Assembly: GCA_026418695.1 (NCBI GenBank)
Contig: JAOAAU010000147.1
Location: 20,484-84,483, forward strand
Source: Clostridia bacterium
GTDB taxonomy: Bacteria > Bacillota > Clostridia > Acetivibrionales > JAFADI01
Length of the DNA stretch: 64,000 nt
Direction of reading: 5' to 3'
The translations under genes and the position numbers were made by a program. How positions within the stretch are numbered: the stretch's first letter is position 1; every line of letters begins with the position of its first letter. Positions 31,680-41,051 of this stretch are shown piece by piece. The notes beneath the pieces are model-generated. The model was not told the origin of the DNA. It searched no databases and saw only the letters and a program-made list of their open reading frames with translations.

Positions 31680-33293
31680 TTATATAGATTTATCCTTTAT
31701 CACCGGGGTTGCCTTTTGGCCAGCCCAATTCCTTTTATAGTCTGAAGGCAGGCATTTGGTGATGGCTTTAAACTTGGCTGTGAAGTACTCGGCATCATGA
31801 TAACCGACCGTCTGTGCTATTTCATTCATTTTCATAGGGGTTCTTTGAAGCAGCTTCTTTGCTTCACCGATTCGGACAAAATGCAGATACTCATTGAACG
31901 ACATCCCTGTATTTTTCTTAAACAGCTGTCCAAGATAGACCGGGTTCAAATAAAACTGTTTTGCCAGTTCTTGAAGCTTCAAATCCTCTGAGTAATGAAG
32001 GAGAATATACTGTTTTATCTCTGAAATAACATCTTTCGTTGTTTCTTGAGGAGATTGTTCAAATTTTTCTATGAGTCGCTTGCAAAATTGCAAACATCCT
32101 TTTTTTAATTTTGCCAGGGTTGTACTTTCCATGTCCTGATTGAATTCCAGAAGTTCCTCAGATAGGCCCTCCATACTTCCATTTCTGCTTCGTACAAGCT
32201 GAATCCCTTCAAACTGCAGGTTGTTTACAAACATTTTTACTGTTTCCGGAGCAGTGAAACTCTTTGAAAAGCTGCTGAATACCTGATCAATTTTTCTGTG
32301 GAGTCCTTCCATATTTCCATTTCTGATATCTTCCCGCATTCCACTGGCATCTATGTCACAAAGGTCATAACATAGAGGTGTACCCCGAACTTCTTTATAG
32401 TTGATAGTACTGTCTTCTCCTTTAAAAAATTTGTACTTTAGTGCCAAGGAAGCTTGTTCATATACTTTTTGTAAAGATTCTATTCCCTTCACCTCATCAC
32501 TGATGGCTACAGATATGCTGCTTCGAAATTCATTCATGATCTTTTCTCGAATTTGCTGAATGCAGGTTTCCAGTGAAAAAGCTCCTTTCATTCCTTTATT
32601 CGCAAGGATGAAAAACCTTCCTTCATTGTCTTCAAACAAATGCAAGACATTCCTTAGCCCCAAAACATCTTTAATTGCAGATGAAATCCTCTTTTTCCGC
32701 TCCAAGACCTCGACTCTCTCTGCATCTCTGGAGTCTCGAGCCGGATGATCCAATTCTATAAGCACACATTGAATTGCTTCTTCATCTCCGATATCCAGTA
32801 TGAATTTGATTCTCTTATACAGGGATTGTTTTTTTTCTCCATGAATTATTCGATATACATCATTGTTGATAATAAAAGCCAGCTGCTGATTGGTTGCTTC
32901 TTCTGACAAATATGCCTCACGAAGTTGTTTTGCAACTCTGTTGATAACAGTATTCAGTTCTTCATCATCCAGGGGCTTAAGAATATAATCGCTTACACTA
33001 TACCGCATGGCGGCTTGTATATAGGAAAACTCATCATATCCGCTCAGGATGATGAACTTTGAACAGATCATGGCGGACTGGGAAACAGTTTTTATCAACT
33101 GCAGGCCATCCATGGCCGGCATTCTGATGTCTGTGATGACTAAATGGGGATTGCATGCTTTTATAATCTCTAACGCATCTTCTCCATTGGTTGCCTCACC
33201 ACAAATGGAGAAGCCATAACGTCCCCAATCCACCATGATTTTCAATCCTTCAAGGACAGAGGGTTCATCATCTATCAGAAGCACCTTAAACAA
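31680..33293 (-). CDS. YesN-type response regulator (REC + AraC HTH)
   Basis: TTG start; IDDE...ITDIRMP...ILKP; LNPVYLGQLFKK. Confidence 0.92.
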   Translation of the reverse strand: MFKVLLIDDEPSVLEGLKIMVDWGRYGFSICGEATNGEDALEIIKACNPHLVITDIRMPAMDGLQLIKTVSQSAMICSKFIILSGYDEFSYIQAAMRYSVSDYILKPLDDEELNTVINRVAKQLREAYLSEEATNQQLAFIINNDVYRIIHGEKKQSLYKRIKFILDIGDEEAIQCVLIELDHPARDSRDAERVEVLERKKRISSAIKDVLGLRNVLHLFEDNEGRFFILANKGMKGAFSLETCIQQIREKIMNEFRSSISVAISDEVKGIESLQKVYEQASLALKYKFFKGEDSTINYKEVRGTPLCYDLCDIDASGMREDIRNGNMEGLHRKIDQVFSSFSKSFTAPETVKMFVNNLQFEGIQLVRSRNGSMEGLSEELLEFNQDMESTTLAKLKKGCLQFCKRLIEKFEQSPQETTKDVISEIKQYILLHYSEDLKLQELAKQFYLNPVYLGQLFKKNTGMSFNEYLHFVRIGEAKKLLQRTPMKMNEIAQTVGYHDAEYFTAKFKAITKCLPSDYKRNWAGQKATPVIKDKSI

Positions 33294-33502
33294 TACCGTT
33301 CACCTTCCTAAACCGTCCAACGCAATCCAATGTAAAAAAGTTCTGTACGTAAGGCATAACGAAGATTGCATTAAATTCTGCTTTGTAATCTATCTTCAAA
33401 GGCTATATTGTAAATAATTTACATTTATTATACAGGATGTCTACAGAAAGTTTGTGTATTTTTTTGACGTCTTGAGAGTATTTTTTTGCAGCAATAATAA
33501 AG

Positions 33503-33535
33503 AAAAGCCCGTAGGTTTAAAAACCTTACGGGCTT
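33503..33535 (-). terminator. Rho-independent terminator
   Basis: AAGCCCGTAGG...CCTTACGGGCTT, T-rich tail on the minus strand. Confidence 0.75.
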
Positions 33536-33601
33536 CATTCAACAACACTTATTTAAGTGTTATCCTTTCAGATGCTGGGTATAATACACCTGCAATTAAT
33601 G

Positions 33602-34447
33602 CTATTTGCTGGATTCTATCATTGATTTAGCAGCCACCTCAAGTGTATCTAGATTTAGGTCTCCCAAATCGGATAGAATGTAATACAATCCACCCTGTTC
33701 CCATACAATGGCGTGCATGGTTTTAATCTCTTTGGGCGGCCTGGTCACGTCATTTTCAAAAGCGCCTTCCCCTTTGGCGATATTCTCGTAGATGGGCATC
33801 GGCTGTTCACAATAAACCAATGTTTTGTTTCCTAGCTTTATTTCCTGTCTGTTATCCCCTTTATCCTTCAGGTTCATATACTCAGGGCTTGGGTAATCTA
33901 TTTCCTGAAGGAATATCAAGGATTTATCCTTCTTAAAAATAGCATTGATCCCCTTTTTACTGGAATCATCCCAGGTGATAACCCCTTTTCCATCCAGGAC
34001 AAACCCACCTTTCAGACTGGATGGTATTTTATCCGCAAAACCCACTTCCTTGGTCATATCCTTGTTTTCAGGATTTTTTGACATTAACGTAGTCGTAGTA
34101 TGCATCTCCGCCCTGTCATCCGGAATTTGAACCGCTTTATACTTCCCGTCCTCCCCTTTTACTACGGTATAAATCATGGAAACGGCCTGCTGAGCCATGG
34201 CTCTTACCGGCTGAACAAATGCCACAACGAGCGCGAGAGCAATAATTGCACAGGATGCTGTTGCAATTGTTCTCCCAACAACTGAATGCTTGAATAATTT
34301 ATAATTTGAATTCATCCTATACCCCTCACTTTTTGCTTTTAATCTGGATTTTGCTCCGACCAGCGGCCCATTGCCAAGTTCAAAACCGCTTTCCCCTTCT
34401 GTCAGGGCATTCTTGATCAACTTCTCAAACTGCATCTCATTATTCAT
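33602..34447 (-). CDS. Putative anti-sigma factor, single TM
   Basis: ATG 34447 overlaps the sigma-factor end; short cytoplasmic N-terminus, TM (ASCAIIALALVVAFV), extracellular domain ending in WEQGGLYYIL. Confidence 0.75.
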   Translation of the reverse strand: MNNEMQFEKLIKNALTEGESGFELGNGPLVGAKSRLKAKSEGYRMNSNYKLFKHSVVGRTIATASCAIIALALVVAFVQPVRAMAQQAVSMIYTVVKGEDGKYKAVQIPDDRAEMHTTTTLMSKNPENKDMTKEVGFADKIPSSLKGGFVLDGKGVITWDDSSKKGINAIFKKDKSLIFLQEIDYPSPEYMNLKDKGDNRQEIKLGNKTLVYCEQPMPIYENIAKGEGAFENDVTRPPKEIKTMHAIVWEQGGLYYILSDLGDLNLDTLEVAAKSMIESSK

Positions 34448-35036
34448 GGATTGCACACTCCTTTCCAAGGTATCGTACTCTCTCAAACGAACCACTTCCA
34501 AAGCTTCCTTTGAGTTCCTTCTCCAATTCTTTTTTTGCATAATGCAACCGGGATTTTACCGTCCCTTGGAAACATTTCATTACCTCTGCAATTTCTTTAA
34601 TCGACAGCCCATTATAGTAATAAAGAATGATGACTGTACGCATCTCCGGCTTCAACCTGCCGATGGCATTTCTTACGAATCGGCTTGCTTCATTGGCTTC
34701 TACGACTTCGGTGATATCGATCCCGGAATCAACTTGTTCCTTCATACTATCAGACAGGCTGTCTGCTGCTGTTTTCTTTTCTTTTCCTACCATATGCCAG
34801 CATTTTCTGATGAGGATGCGGTTGAACCAAACCGGAAACACTTCTGGCCTCCGAAGCTTTTTAATATCCCTAAAGCATTCAAAAAAAGCTTCCTGTAGGA
34901 TATCCTCGGCAACATCCCTGCGTCCTGAAATAAGATATGCCGTCCAAAGCGCCTTTTTCCCCAGCACTTTGTAGAGCTCGTCAAAAGCATCCTCCTCTTC
35001 TTTCTGGCAACGCTGTATTAAATCTGCATCAATCAT
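34440..35036 (-). CDS. ECF RNA polymerase sigma factor
   Basis: Region 2 AEDILQEAF...FPVWFNRI; region 4 GLSIKEIAEVMKCFQGTVKSRL; RBS AAAGGAG. Confidence 0.93.
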   Translation of the reverse strand: MIDADLIQRCQKEEEDAFDELYKVLGKKALWTAYLISGRRDVAEDILQEAFFECFRDIKKLRRPEVFPVWFNRILIRKCWHMVGKEKKTAADSLSDSMKEQVDSGIDITEVVEANEASRFVRNAIGRLKPEMRTVIILYYYNGLSIKEIAEVMKCFQGTVKSRLHYAKKELEKELKGSFGSGSFERVRYLGKECAIHE

Positions 35037-35069
35037 CCTCTGACTCCTTTCAAAAGGTGCACCTTTCAT

Positions 35070-35105
35070 AGATATAAGTGGCAGGAGTACTCCAAAAGGT
35101 TCAAA
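35070..35105 (-). promoter_or_regulatory. Candidate autoregulated ECF promoter
   Basis: Minus strand TTTTGAACC-ttttggagtactcctgc-CACTT; a GAAC-type -35 element upstream of the sigma gene. Confidence 0.45.
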
Positions 35106-35196
35106 AAAAGAGAAAACGCAGGATTTCTCTTTCCTGCGTACTCATCGCATGCTATTCTTCAACTTTTACTAAGCCCTCGGTTTTGCACACTTCTTG

Positions 35197-37419
35197 TTAT
35201 TTTATCGTAAAATCACAATCTTTGATCGTGCTGTAAAAACTCTTTACCGGGCTGTAATCGCTGATATTGTTGCCGCCCAAATAAAGTGTTTCCAGTCCCT
35301 TCATATCCCGAAGACTTGAAATATCCTTGATTTTATTATCCGTCATATAAAGTTTTTTCATCTTGGTAAGCTTGCTTAATGCTTTGATATCCTCTATCTG
35401 ATTCCCGTTCAAAGAAAGTTCCTTCAATTCTTTGAATCCTTCTATCGTACTGATCTCTCTGATAGAATTTCTCTGCAAATATAAAGTCTCCAGCTTGTTT
35501 AAAGCTTTTAAAGAATTAACCTCTGTGACTTTATTATTGGCCAGACTCAGATACTTCAAGTTGTTCAGCTGACTCAGCGGCTTGATGTCCCCGATCTTGT
35601 TTCCTTCCAGACACAGCTCCTGTAAACTGTTCAAATTGCTTAGGCTCGAGATATCCTGGATTCTATTCAGGCTCAGGTATAACTTGCTCAGTTTTGTCAG
35701 GCTGTTCAGCGTACTGATACCGGTGATCTGATTCTCCCTCAGATACAGTTCTCTTAGGTCTTTAAGTCCGGATAAAGCGTCTACCTTGGAAACTGCATTC
35801 CCGTTTAATGAAAGAACCTGCAGCTTTGTTAACCCCTTCAATGGAGCAATGTCGGAAATCTGATTCCTCTGCAGATATAAAGCTTTCAGATTCACCAGGG
35901 AGCTTAGCGGACTGATATTTGTGATGCCGCTGCTTTGGGCATCCAGGTATTCCAAATTCACAAGATACTTTAAATCGCTAATGTCTGAAACTCCTGCTGG
36001 TAGCTTGAACCGGTAGATACTTTCCAGTTCGCTCCTATTAATGCTTCCAGAATCCTTGGAAAGCTTGCTTCTTATTGCTTCCTCCAGCTTTTTATCTTTA
36101 AACTGCACCATATCACCCTGTTTTATTCCTGAAGCGCCTTTACTCTTAACTTCCTTCAGAATGTTTTCCCACACATCCAGGTGATAGCTCTTCCCGTTTG
36201 TATCATTATAGTCAGGAATATTTCCTATACCCCACAAGGAGATTCCACCCAGTTGATAGGTTTTGGCAAGATTGATTTTTGAAGCGATGCTGATGCTGTC
36301 TTCATAAACGAGAATATTGTATGTCTTATCCTGTTTGTTAAAATACTCAATAAACGGGCTTTGAAGTTCGTTATTGAACCCGCGTCCGATACCAATTCCA
36401 TTTCCATCCGCATTATCTATTCTTTTTTTAATCATCGCATAGGTTGGCGTCAGCTTGATATCCTTGCTGACATTTGTATCTTCCAGTTGGTTCCATGCAC
36501 TCCCATCCGGCAGGTCAAATCTCCACTGGGCACTGTCAAAGGCAATCTGCAGCCAGACCTTATTCATTTCTGTACTGGAAATACTGTTTTTAACATCTTC
36601 CAAAGCCATCCGGACTTTTCCCGCAGGGGCCGGACTGTCAATTGGCTCCAATGTATTAAAGCCGGTATACATAGCTACTTCACTCTTTTTTAATGCAGTA
36701 GAAGGTTCATAATCATGGGCCATAACGATCATACGGTCAGCTATCTTAACGATTTCCTTATAATCAAAGCCATCGTAATAGATGCGGGGATTGACTGCAA
36801 CATACAGCATCTTATTGATTTTATCCAGTTCTCCGTTCAATTCCTTTAAGAATAGATTAAAGTAGCTGCTGATCGGCTGATTGTTATATAGGATCTTATT
36901 TCCCTGATCATCCGTATTTCTTAATCCTTCAAAGTCAACCACCACGCCGTCATAATACAGGGATTGATCTTTTCCGATATCCTGTTTCAGAAGATTGATA
37001 ACCGCCTGTACAGCCTTCCCTCTGCTGCTTGCATCCGGAAGAATACGCTCTGCGTTATATCCATCTGTAAAAATGTTGATTTGAATGGATTTGCCTTTAC
37101 TCTTTGCGAACTTGACCGGTTTTAGATAATCCTCCGGATAGTAAAACATCGTATTGTCATTTCGACCTTTGGTGGTTGTTACCGATTCAAGGTCATTGTA
37201 GAAAAGCCTGCCCCATGCAAAAGTAACGGAATCGAGACGCTCCATATACTTTTCGAGTTCAGGCGAATAGCTTAAGCCTGTAGGATAAAACGCATGCAGT
37301 TCCGAGCCGTTTGGTGTACCGCCTTGATCTGCACCTTGTGCAAATATGGATCCAATAGATGTGCTGCAAACAAAAATACTGATGAATATGTAAAGTAACA
37401 CCCTCAATTTCTTATTCAT
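35197..37419 (-). CDS. Secreted GH18-like glycoside hydrolase fused to internalin-type leucine-rich repeats
   Basis: Signal peptide; GH18 motifs YDGVVVDFEG, IVMAHDY, LGGISLWGIG; FKDKKLEEAIR cap followed by LRRs. Confidence 0.85.
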   Translation of the reverse strand: MNKKLRVLLYIFISIFVCSTSIGSIFAQGADQGGTPNGSELHAFYPTGLSYSPELEKYMERLDSVTFAWGRLFYNDLESVTTTKGRNDNTMFYYPEDYLKPVKFAKSKGKSIQINIFTDGYNAERILPDASSRGKAVQAVINLLKQDIGKDQSLYYDGVVVDFEGLRNTDDQGNKILYNNQPISSYFNLFLKELNGELDKINKMLYVAVNPRIYYDGFDYKEIVKIADRMIVMAHDYEPSTALKKSEVAMYTGFNTLEPIDSPAPAGKVRMALEDVKNSISSTEMNKVWLQIAFDSAQWRFDLPDGSAWNQLEDTNVSKDIKLTPTYAMIKKRIDNADGNGIGIGRGFNNELQSPFIEYFNKQDKTYNILVYEDSISIASKINLAKTYQLGGISLWGIGNIPDYNDTNGKSYHLDVWENILKEVKSKGASGIKQGDMVQFKDKKLEEAIRSKLSKDSGSINRSELESIYRFKLPAGVSDISDLKYLVNLEYLDAQSSGITNISPLSSLVNLKALYLQRNQISDIAPLKGLTKLQVLSLNGNAVSKVDALSGLKDLRELYLRENQITGISTLNSLTKLSKLYLSLNRIQDISSLSNLNSLQELCLEGNKIGDIKPLSQLNNLKYLSLANNKVTEVNSLKALNKLETLYLQRNSIREISTIEGFKELKELSLNGNQIEDIKALSKLTKMKKLYMTDNKIKDISSLRDMKGLETLYLGGNNISDYSPVKSFYSTIKDCDFTIK
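35248..35973 (-). repeat. Eleven 22-aa leucine-rich repeats
   Basis: L..L..L..L.L..N.I.DI..; repeats 2-3 and 8-9 share the LYLQRN/LSLNGN pair. Confidence 0.85.
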
Positions 37420-37420
37420 T

Positions 37421-37807
37421 TCAATCCCCCTCTTCCTCACTCTTACTGTCTAAAATCTGTTTAAGCTCTTCGATTTCGGCTTTGGATAATTTCCGGTCTT
37501 CAATGAATTTGGCAACCATCACATTCAAAGCGCCATCATAAATCCGATCCAGGAACGATTGACTTTCCGCTTTCACACACTCGTCTTCGGAAACAATAGG
37601 ATAATATAGATAGCTGCGGCCATCCTTTTCAAAGTCCACTGCTTTTTTATTGACCAGCCTGTTAATTAAAGTCTTTACGGTTTTTGGCTTCCAGTTGGCG
37701 ACACCTTCAAGTCTATCGATGACCACACTGGCTGAAATAGGAGATTGGGTCCAGAGAATTTTCATGACCTGCCACTCCGTATCTGAGATTCTTGGTACTT
37801 TCGACAT
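37421..37807 (-). CDS. BlaI/MecI/CopY family transcriptional repressor
   Basis: ISDTEWQVMKILW, WKPKTVKTLINRLVNK, YLYYPIVS, LSKAEIEELKQIL. Confidence 0.92.
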   Translation of the reverse strand: MSKVPRISDTEWQVMKILWTQSPISASVVIDRLEGVANWKPKTVKTLINRLVNKKAVDFEKDGRSYLYYPIVSEDECVKAESQSFLDRIYDGALNVMVAKFIEDRKLSKAEIEELKQILDSKSEEEGD

Positions 37808-37820
37808 CACGACCCCCATC

Positions 37821-37879
37821 GATTTCACTTGTAATCTTTAGCCTATTCATAGTATAAATACCAAAAATAGGTTTGTCAA
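37821..37879 (-). promoter_or_regulatory. Sigma-A promoter TTGACA-17-TATACT plus a BlaI/CopY-type operator
   Basis: -35 at 37874-37879, -10 at 37851-37856; imperfect palindrome GATTTCACTTGTAATC (37821-37836) is one mismatch from TACAnnTGTA. Confidence 0.75.
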
Positions 37880-37890
37880 GCTCATCAATT

Positions 37891-37910
37891 TAAGAATTTT
37901 GTAAGAATTT
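37891..37910 (+). promoter_or_regulatory. OmpR-type direct-repeat binding site
   Basis: TAAGAATTT-tg-TAAGAATTT, 11-bp period, upstream of an OmpR-family regulator. Confidence 0.6.
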
Positions 37911-38005
37911 CATCCACAAATTTGTAAAAAAGCTTATATACAATAAACCTGTGTTTAGAAAGGAGGACACAAAATGATATAATGTTTCCAGAAAGGATGA
38001 GGTTA

Positions 38006-38698
38006 ATGTCAAAATACAATGTACTGGTAGTCGATGATGAGGACGAAATCCGCGAGGCCATTGAAGTTTATCTTCGAAATGAAGACATCAAAGTAATAAA
38101 GGCTAAGGATGGCATCGATGCTCTGAATGTTCTGGAGGAAGAGGACATCCACCTTATACTCATGGATATTATGATGCCTAGAATGGATGGAATCAAAGCT
38201 ACCTTCAAAATCAGGGAAACACGGAATATCCCCATCATCATCCTTTCCGCAAAATCAGAAGATACCGACAAGATTCTAGGGCTGAATATCGGGGCCGATG
38301 ACTATATTACCAAACCCTTCAACCCATTGGAACTTGCAGCCAGGGTCAAATCTCAGCTTAGGAGATATATCAGCCTCGGGAATTATAAAGCAACGGAAGA
38401 TGAAATCAGCGTCAGGGGCCTGATTCTGAACAAAAGTGCGAAAACTGTTTCTGTGGATGGTGAAGAACTTAAACTAACCGCACTGGAATATAAGATTCTT
38501 GAGCTTCTCATGGAGAACTGCGGCCGGATATTTTCTATGGAAGAGATCTATGAAAGAGTGTGGAAGGAACCCAGCTATAATGTGGAGAACACGGTAGCCG
38601 TTCATATCCGGAGGATCCGGGAAAAAATCGAGATCAACCCAAAGGAACCAAAATATCTAAAGGTGGTGTGGGGCATTGGATATAAAATTGAAAAATAA
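38006..38698 (+). CDS. OmpR family response regulator
   Basis: VDDE, LMDIMMP, GADDYITKPF, VWGIGYK; alternative start at 37982. Confidence 0.93.
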   Translation: MSKYNVLVVDDEDEIREAIEVYLRNEDIKVIKAKDGIDALNVLEEEDIHLILMDIMMPRMDGIKATFKIRETRNIPIIILSAKSEDTDKILGLNIGADDYITKPFNPLELAARVKSQLRRYISLGNYKATEDEISVRGLILNKSAKTVSVDGEELKLTALEYKILELLMENCGRIFSMEEIYERVWKEPSYNVENTVAVHIRRIREKIEINPKEPKYLKVVWGIGYKIEK

Positions 38699-40865
38699 AA
38701 CAATACATAATATGGCCTTCGTATTGGCAATGTACTTGTTCAGCTTCTCCGTAATCAGTATCGGGAACATCGTTAGAAACAGCGATTATTTTACCAGCAG
38801 CTATTACTTCATAAGCGAAGGCTTTGAAGCTGAACTAAATAATTATTTTAACGATATAAGAGTCCTTTATACCGATTACCTGGACTATAATACAGCATCA
38901 GATGATGATAAAGCAACAGAATCTGCCATTGCCGAACTAAAAAGCAAGAATGATTCTGAAGTTCAGCGTTTGGAAGATATCATCCGGGAAAATTCCGAGT
39001 ACAGCATTCATCAGGCAAACGCTGCCGGCAATAAGGATCTGGCTGAGAAGCTGACTAAAGAAAGGGATCAGAAGATTGAAAAGATCAGAAAAGAATATTC
39101 CAAAACCATCGATGAAATCAAAGCGGAGATTATTTCAATCAAAGACAACACTTATAATATGCTGAAGGATCGTATCGCTTCCCGGGAGGATATTAAGTAC
39201 TATATTAAAAATAAAAACGGAGAAGTTTTTTCAAACTTATTCGATCCTAAGAGCATTAACGAATATATAAAGAATCAAACATTATTCAGCATTGAGTTTC
39301 CGCAGCGGTACGACGACAAAGTAAAGTATGAAACCGTCAACGAGTTTTTCTGGCAAACCATGACTATCGGTTATGTCGCCATCCCCAAAGACCTTAATAA
39401 GGCCAGCAACATCTATGTAAACTATCATCGCTTTGAGGAAATCCGATCACAATTGATCATTGAACTCATTCTGGCAATCCTTTTTTCCCTGGCTGCAGTC
39501 TTGCTATTGCTTTATTTAAGAAAAGAAAGAAATGCTGACCCAAACAACTTGCAGTATACACTTATTGAGTTCTATGGAAAGATTCCTCTGGATATTCGGG
39601 CCTTAATTCTGATCACTGCTTTACCATTTGCGTACCTGATATTTGGAGTTGAATTTTTCTTATCCCGTTCATTCGGTATCGGTCACCTTGTTATTCTAAC
39701 TTTGGTTGCCCTATATATCAGCTATCTATATCTCAGTCTTCAATGGACTTTGACTTTTATCAAGGGAAAAGGCAGTCTTCAGGATCAATGGCATGGATGT
39801 TCCTTATATTACTTGCTTAAGCTTCTCCGGGATAGCCTAGCCTTTAAGGGACTTGTTTTTAAAATGGTATTGGTACTTTTGCCCACTGTTGCTTACGGGG
39901 GATTTTTAGGACTGGCAATGTCCGCTCACGCCAACAATGCTCAAAACGTAATCCCTCTTGTTGTCTTGGCAACAGTTATATACTTTTTTATTGCCCCTGT
40001 ATATCTGCTGACCAAGCTTCGTCAATACAATCAGATCGTTATAGGAACTGCCGAAATCGTTTCAGGCAATTTCAACATGCCCATCGAAAGCAAGGGAAAA
40101 GGAAGCCTTGCACAGCTGGGAAACAACATCAACAATATGAAGGCTGGCGTAAAGAAAGCTTTAGAGGACCATATCAAAAGTGAACGGTTGAAAACTGAGC
40201 TCATCACCAATGTGTCCCATGATTTAAAAACACCTTTGACTTCCATCATCAACTATGTAGATTTTCTCAAAAGAGAAAACCTGACCAAGGAAGAATATGA
40301 GAATTATGTCTCCATTCTTGAGAAAAAGGCTCAGAGAATGAAGCTCCTCATTGAAGATCTCTTTGAGGCATCCAAGCTTTCCAGCGGCACAGTAGAGCTT
40401 AGTTTGGAGAGAATCGATGTGGCAGCGCTCTTGTATCAGGCCTTGGGGGAGTTTGACGAGAGAATCAAAAGCTCCTCCCTGACGTTTAAGGTAAATGCCG
40501 TGAAGCAAAAGATTTATGCTGATCTGGACGGCAGAAAGACATGGCGGGTGTTTGAGAATCTCATCGGCAATATCCTCAAATACTCCCTACCTAACACGAG
40601 AGTCTACATTGACCTTGAAGAGGTTCAGAACAAAGCCGTCCTTACCATGAAAAACATATCGGCTTATGAACTGGCCTTTGATCCGAATGAGTTATTCGAA
40701 CGTTTCAAGCGGGGGGATGAATCCAGAAACACTGAAGGTTCCGGTTTGGGGCTTACCATTGCTAAAAGTATCGTTGAACTCCAGGGTGGTAATCTCTCCA
40801 TCGATATCGATGGGGATCTTTTCAAAGTCACTGTTGAATTCACAATGGCAGACGTCAACACTTAG
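38676..40865 (+). CDS. Multi-TM sensor histidine kinase (HisKA)
   Basis: TNVSHDLKTPLTS, ENLIGNILKY, EGSGLGL; TTG start overlapping the regulator. Confidence 0.92.
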   Translation: MDIKLKNKTIHNMAFVLAMYLFSFSVISIGNIVRNSDYFTSSYYFISEGFEAELNNYFNDIRVLYTDYLDYNTASDDDKATESAIAELKSKNDSEVQRLEDIIRENSEYSIHQANAAGNKDLAEKLTKERDQKIEKIRKEYSKTIDEIKAEIISIKDNTYNMLKDRIASREDIKYYIKNKNGEVFSNLFDPKSINEYIKNQTLFSIEFPQRYDDKVKYETVNEFFWQTMTIGYVAIPKDLNKASNIYVNYHRFEEIRSQLIIELILAILFSLAAVLLLLYLRKERNADPNNLQYTLIEFYGKIPLDIRALILITALPFAYLIFGVEFFLSRSFGIGHLVILTLVALYISYLYLSLQWTLTFIKGKGSLQDQWHGCSLYYLLKLLRDSLAFKGLVFKMVLVLLPTVAYGGFLGLAMSAHANNAQNVIPLVVLATVIYFFIAPVYLLTKLRQYNQIVIGTAEIVSGNFNMPIESKGKGSLAQLGNNINNMKAGVKKALEDHIKSERLKTELITNVSHDLKTPLTSIINYVDFLKRENLTKEEYENYVSILEKKAQRMKLLIEDLFEASKLSSGTVELSLERIDVAALLYQALGEFDERIKSSSLTFKVNAVKQKIYADLDGRKTWRVFENLIGNILKYSLPNTRVYIDLEEVQNKAVLTMKNISAYELAFDPNELFERFKRGDESRNTEGSGLGLTIAKSIVELQGGNLSIDIDGDLFKVTVEFTMADVNT

Positions 40866-40891
40866 TCATATTAGCGCTCTTCCTCATTTAA

Positions 40892-40951
40892 ATAAAAACG
40901 GTTCTTTCAGCAGCATATAAATATCGAAGCCGCCGAAAGAACCGTTTTTAT
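40892..40951. terminator. Bidirectional terminator-like hairpin
   Basis: 17-bp inverted repeat ATAAAAACGGTTCTTTC...GAAAGAACCGTTTTTAT between convergent kinase genes. Confidence 0.75.
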
Positions 40952-40986
40952 GGAGCAACAAAAATTCTCTGAATATGACTTAATCT

Positions 40987-41051
40987 TAGGGGACAGTTCT
41001 GCACAAATGTACTTTTATCCGAAAGTAGCATTTGTGCAGAACTGTCCCCTA
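40987..41051. repeat. GGGGACAG-tagged REP/MITE-like element, copy 2
   Basis: 23-bp arms TAGGGGACAGTTCTGCACAAATG...CATTTGTGCAGAACTGTCCCCTA with a 19-bp partly paired spacer; 21 bp per arm identical to copy 1. Confidence 0.9.

Noticed and set aside
4976-41051. CRISPR repeats or composite-transposon ends for the two palindromes
   Set aside because: Only two isolated copies, each self-contained; no spacers, cas genes or transposase.
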